Positions 63,387-64,000 of a stretch of 64,000 nucleotides of DNA are shown here, piece after piece. The number at the start of each line of letters is the position of its first letter. Position 1 is the first letter of the stretch. The notes beneath the pieces were generated by a model, which was not told where the DNA came from, searched no databases, and was given only the letters and a program-made list of their open reading frames with translations. The translations under genes were made by a program, and so were the position numbers. Origin of the DNA: Basidiobolus meristosporus CBS 931.73 (taxonomy: Eukaryota > Fungi > Basidiobolomycota); NCBI GenBank assembly GCA_002104905.1, contig MCFE01000179.1:78190-142189 (forward strand), in the 5' to 3' direction.

Positions 63387-64000
63387 CTACTGTTGTAGCT
63401 TTGATACAAGAGTGTGGAGCTGAGGGGAATTTGTAGGTAAGTTAATAAGAAGTGATGATAGTTCTTCAGTGCTCAAGACACTGTTCAGTGGGAAGCGGGG
63501 TAGCAAGAGAGGTAAGAATGACTTGTGAACAACATTGATGAGGGGAATGTGATAAGGATTGATATTCATCATAAAGGGAGTGTGCTGCTGCAGATATTGC
63601 TGCCAAAGGTCTGTCAAGTACTTCAGGTAGGCCAGCTTGGGTTTTTCTGACTGCAGAATATATTGAGCAAACTTCTTGACTTCAGGATCTCCAAGTATAG
63701 TTCTCCAGCAGGAGCCAGGTGTTGTGTGGTGTGTTCTCTTCCAGGCCTTAATCAGTGGATTGTTGCAGTTGTGAAGTCTGAGGTATAATCTGGTTCTAAG
63801 GTAGAGAAGTCTGATCTTATAGGGCATAAACCCAAAAGCACCAAGAATAGCATGTCTGTAGGGGCATTCAGGCAAATGAGGCACCAAGGAGGTAATGCAC
63901 CATACTGCAAACTTGTCAAGCTTAGTGCAGTCTCTAGAAGTAAGAGAGAGAAGTGGTAAGCCAAATTCCAGGACAGGGAAGACAAACTGCTTGAGTAGAA
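63387..64000 (-). CDS. C-terminal part of the next RT copy (runs off window)
   Basis: ~97-98% identical to 60375-60988. Confidence 0.9.
   Translation of the reverse strand, partial: LLKQFVFPVLEFGLPLLSLTSRDCTKLDKFAVWCITSLVPHLPECPYRHAILGAFGFMPYKIRLLYLRTRLYLRLHNCNNPLIKAWKRTHHTTPGSCWRTILGDPEVKKFAQYILQSEKPKLAYLKYLTDLWQQYLQQHTPFMMNINPYHIPLINVVHKSFLPLLLPRFPLNSVLSTEELSSLLINLPTNSPQLHTLVSKLQQ

Larger units (their letters stand above)
58167..64000 (-). mobile_element. Head-to-tail array of endonuclease-less non-LTR (LINE-type RT) retroelements
   Basis: Three RT copies plus one ORF1, all on minus. 3012-bp periodicity (60321 vs 63333). Shared 3' motif, with TTAGGG at junctions. Confidence 0.85.

Noticed and set aside
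58167-64000. Penelope-like (Athena/Coprina) identity for the array
   Set aside because: RT motifs are typical non-LTR/LINE type rather than PLE/telomerase-like; only the arrangement is analogous.
1-64000. tRNA, rRNA, CRISPR arrays or prokaryotic operons
   Set aside because: None recognisable; the window is eukaryotic with spliceosomal introns.

Overview
Intron-containing fungal genomic DNA with three zones. Gene style and content suggest an early-diverging, Basidiobolus-like lineage; this is inference. (1) 1-~32.35 kb is an almost CpG-free transposon graveyard. It holds about eight fragments of one En/Spm (CACTA-superfamily)-like DNA transposon family with a divergently oriented unknown second ORF, two Ty1/copia families (two full-length but disrupted copies with TSDs, plus nested or deleted copies) and two solo LTRs. 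(2) ~33.8-57.8 kb is a CpG-normal gene island: tyrosinase, small GPI-like protein, dual-specificity phosphatase, myotubularin, 7TM-like protein, BBE-like FAD oxidoreductase, two Hva1-TUDOR paralogs, chitin deacetylase and a 4TM+HET-like protein. (3) 58.17-64 kb is a CpG-poor head-to-tail array of LINE-type reverse-transcriptase elements with no recognisable endonuclease. Every module ends in the same conserved hairpin motif, and three of the four junctions carry TTAGGG units oriented as at a chromosome end lying to the right. This array is the best candidate for an undescribed system: an endonuclease-less non-LTR retroelement that extends telomeres. Exon boundaries, alignments and identities were done by eye; no database search was possible.
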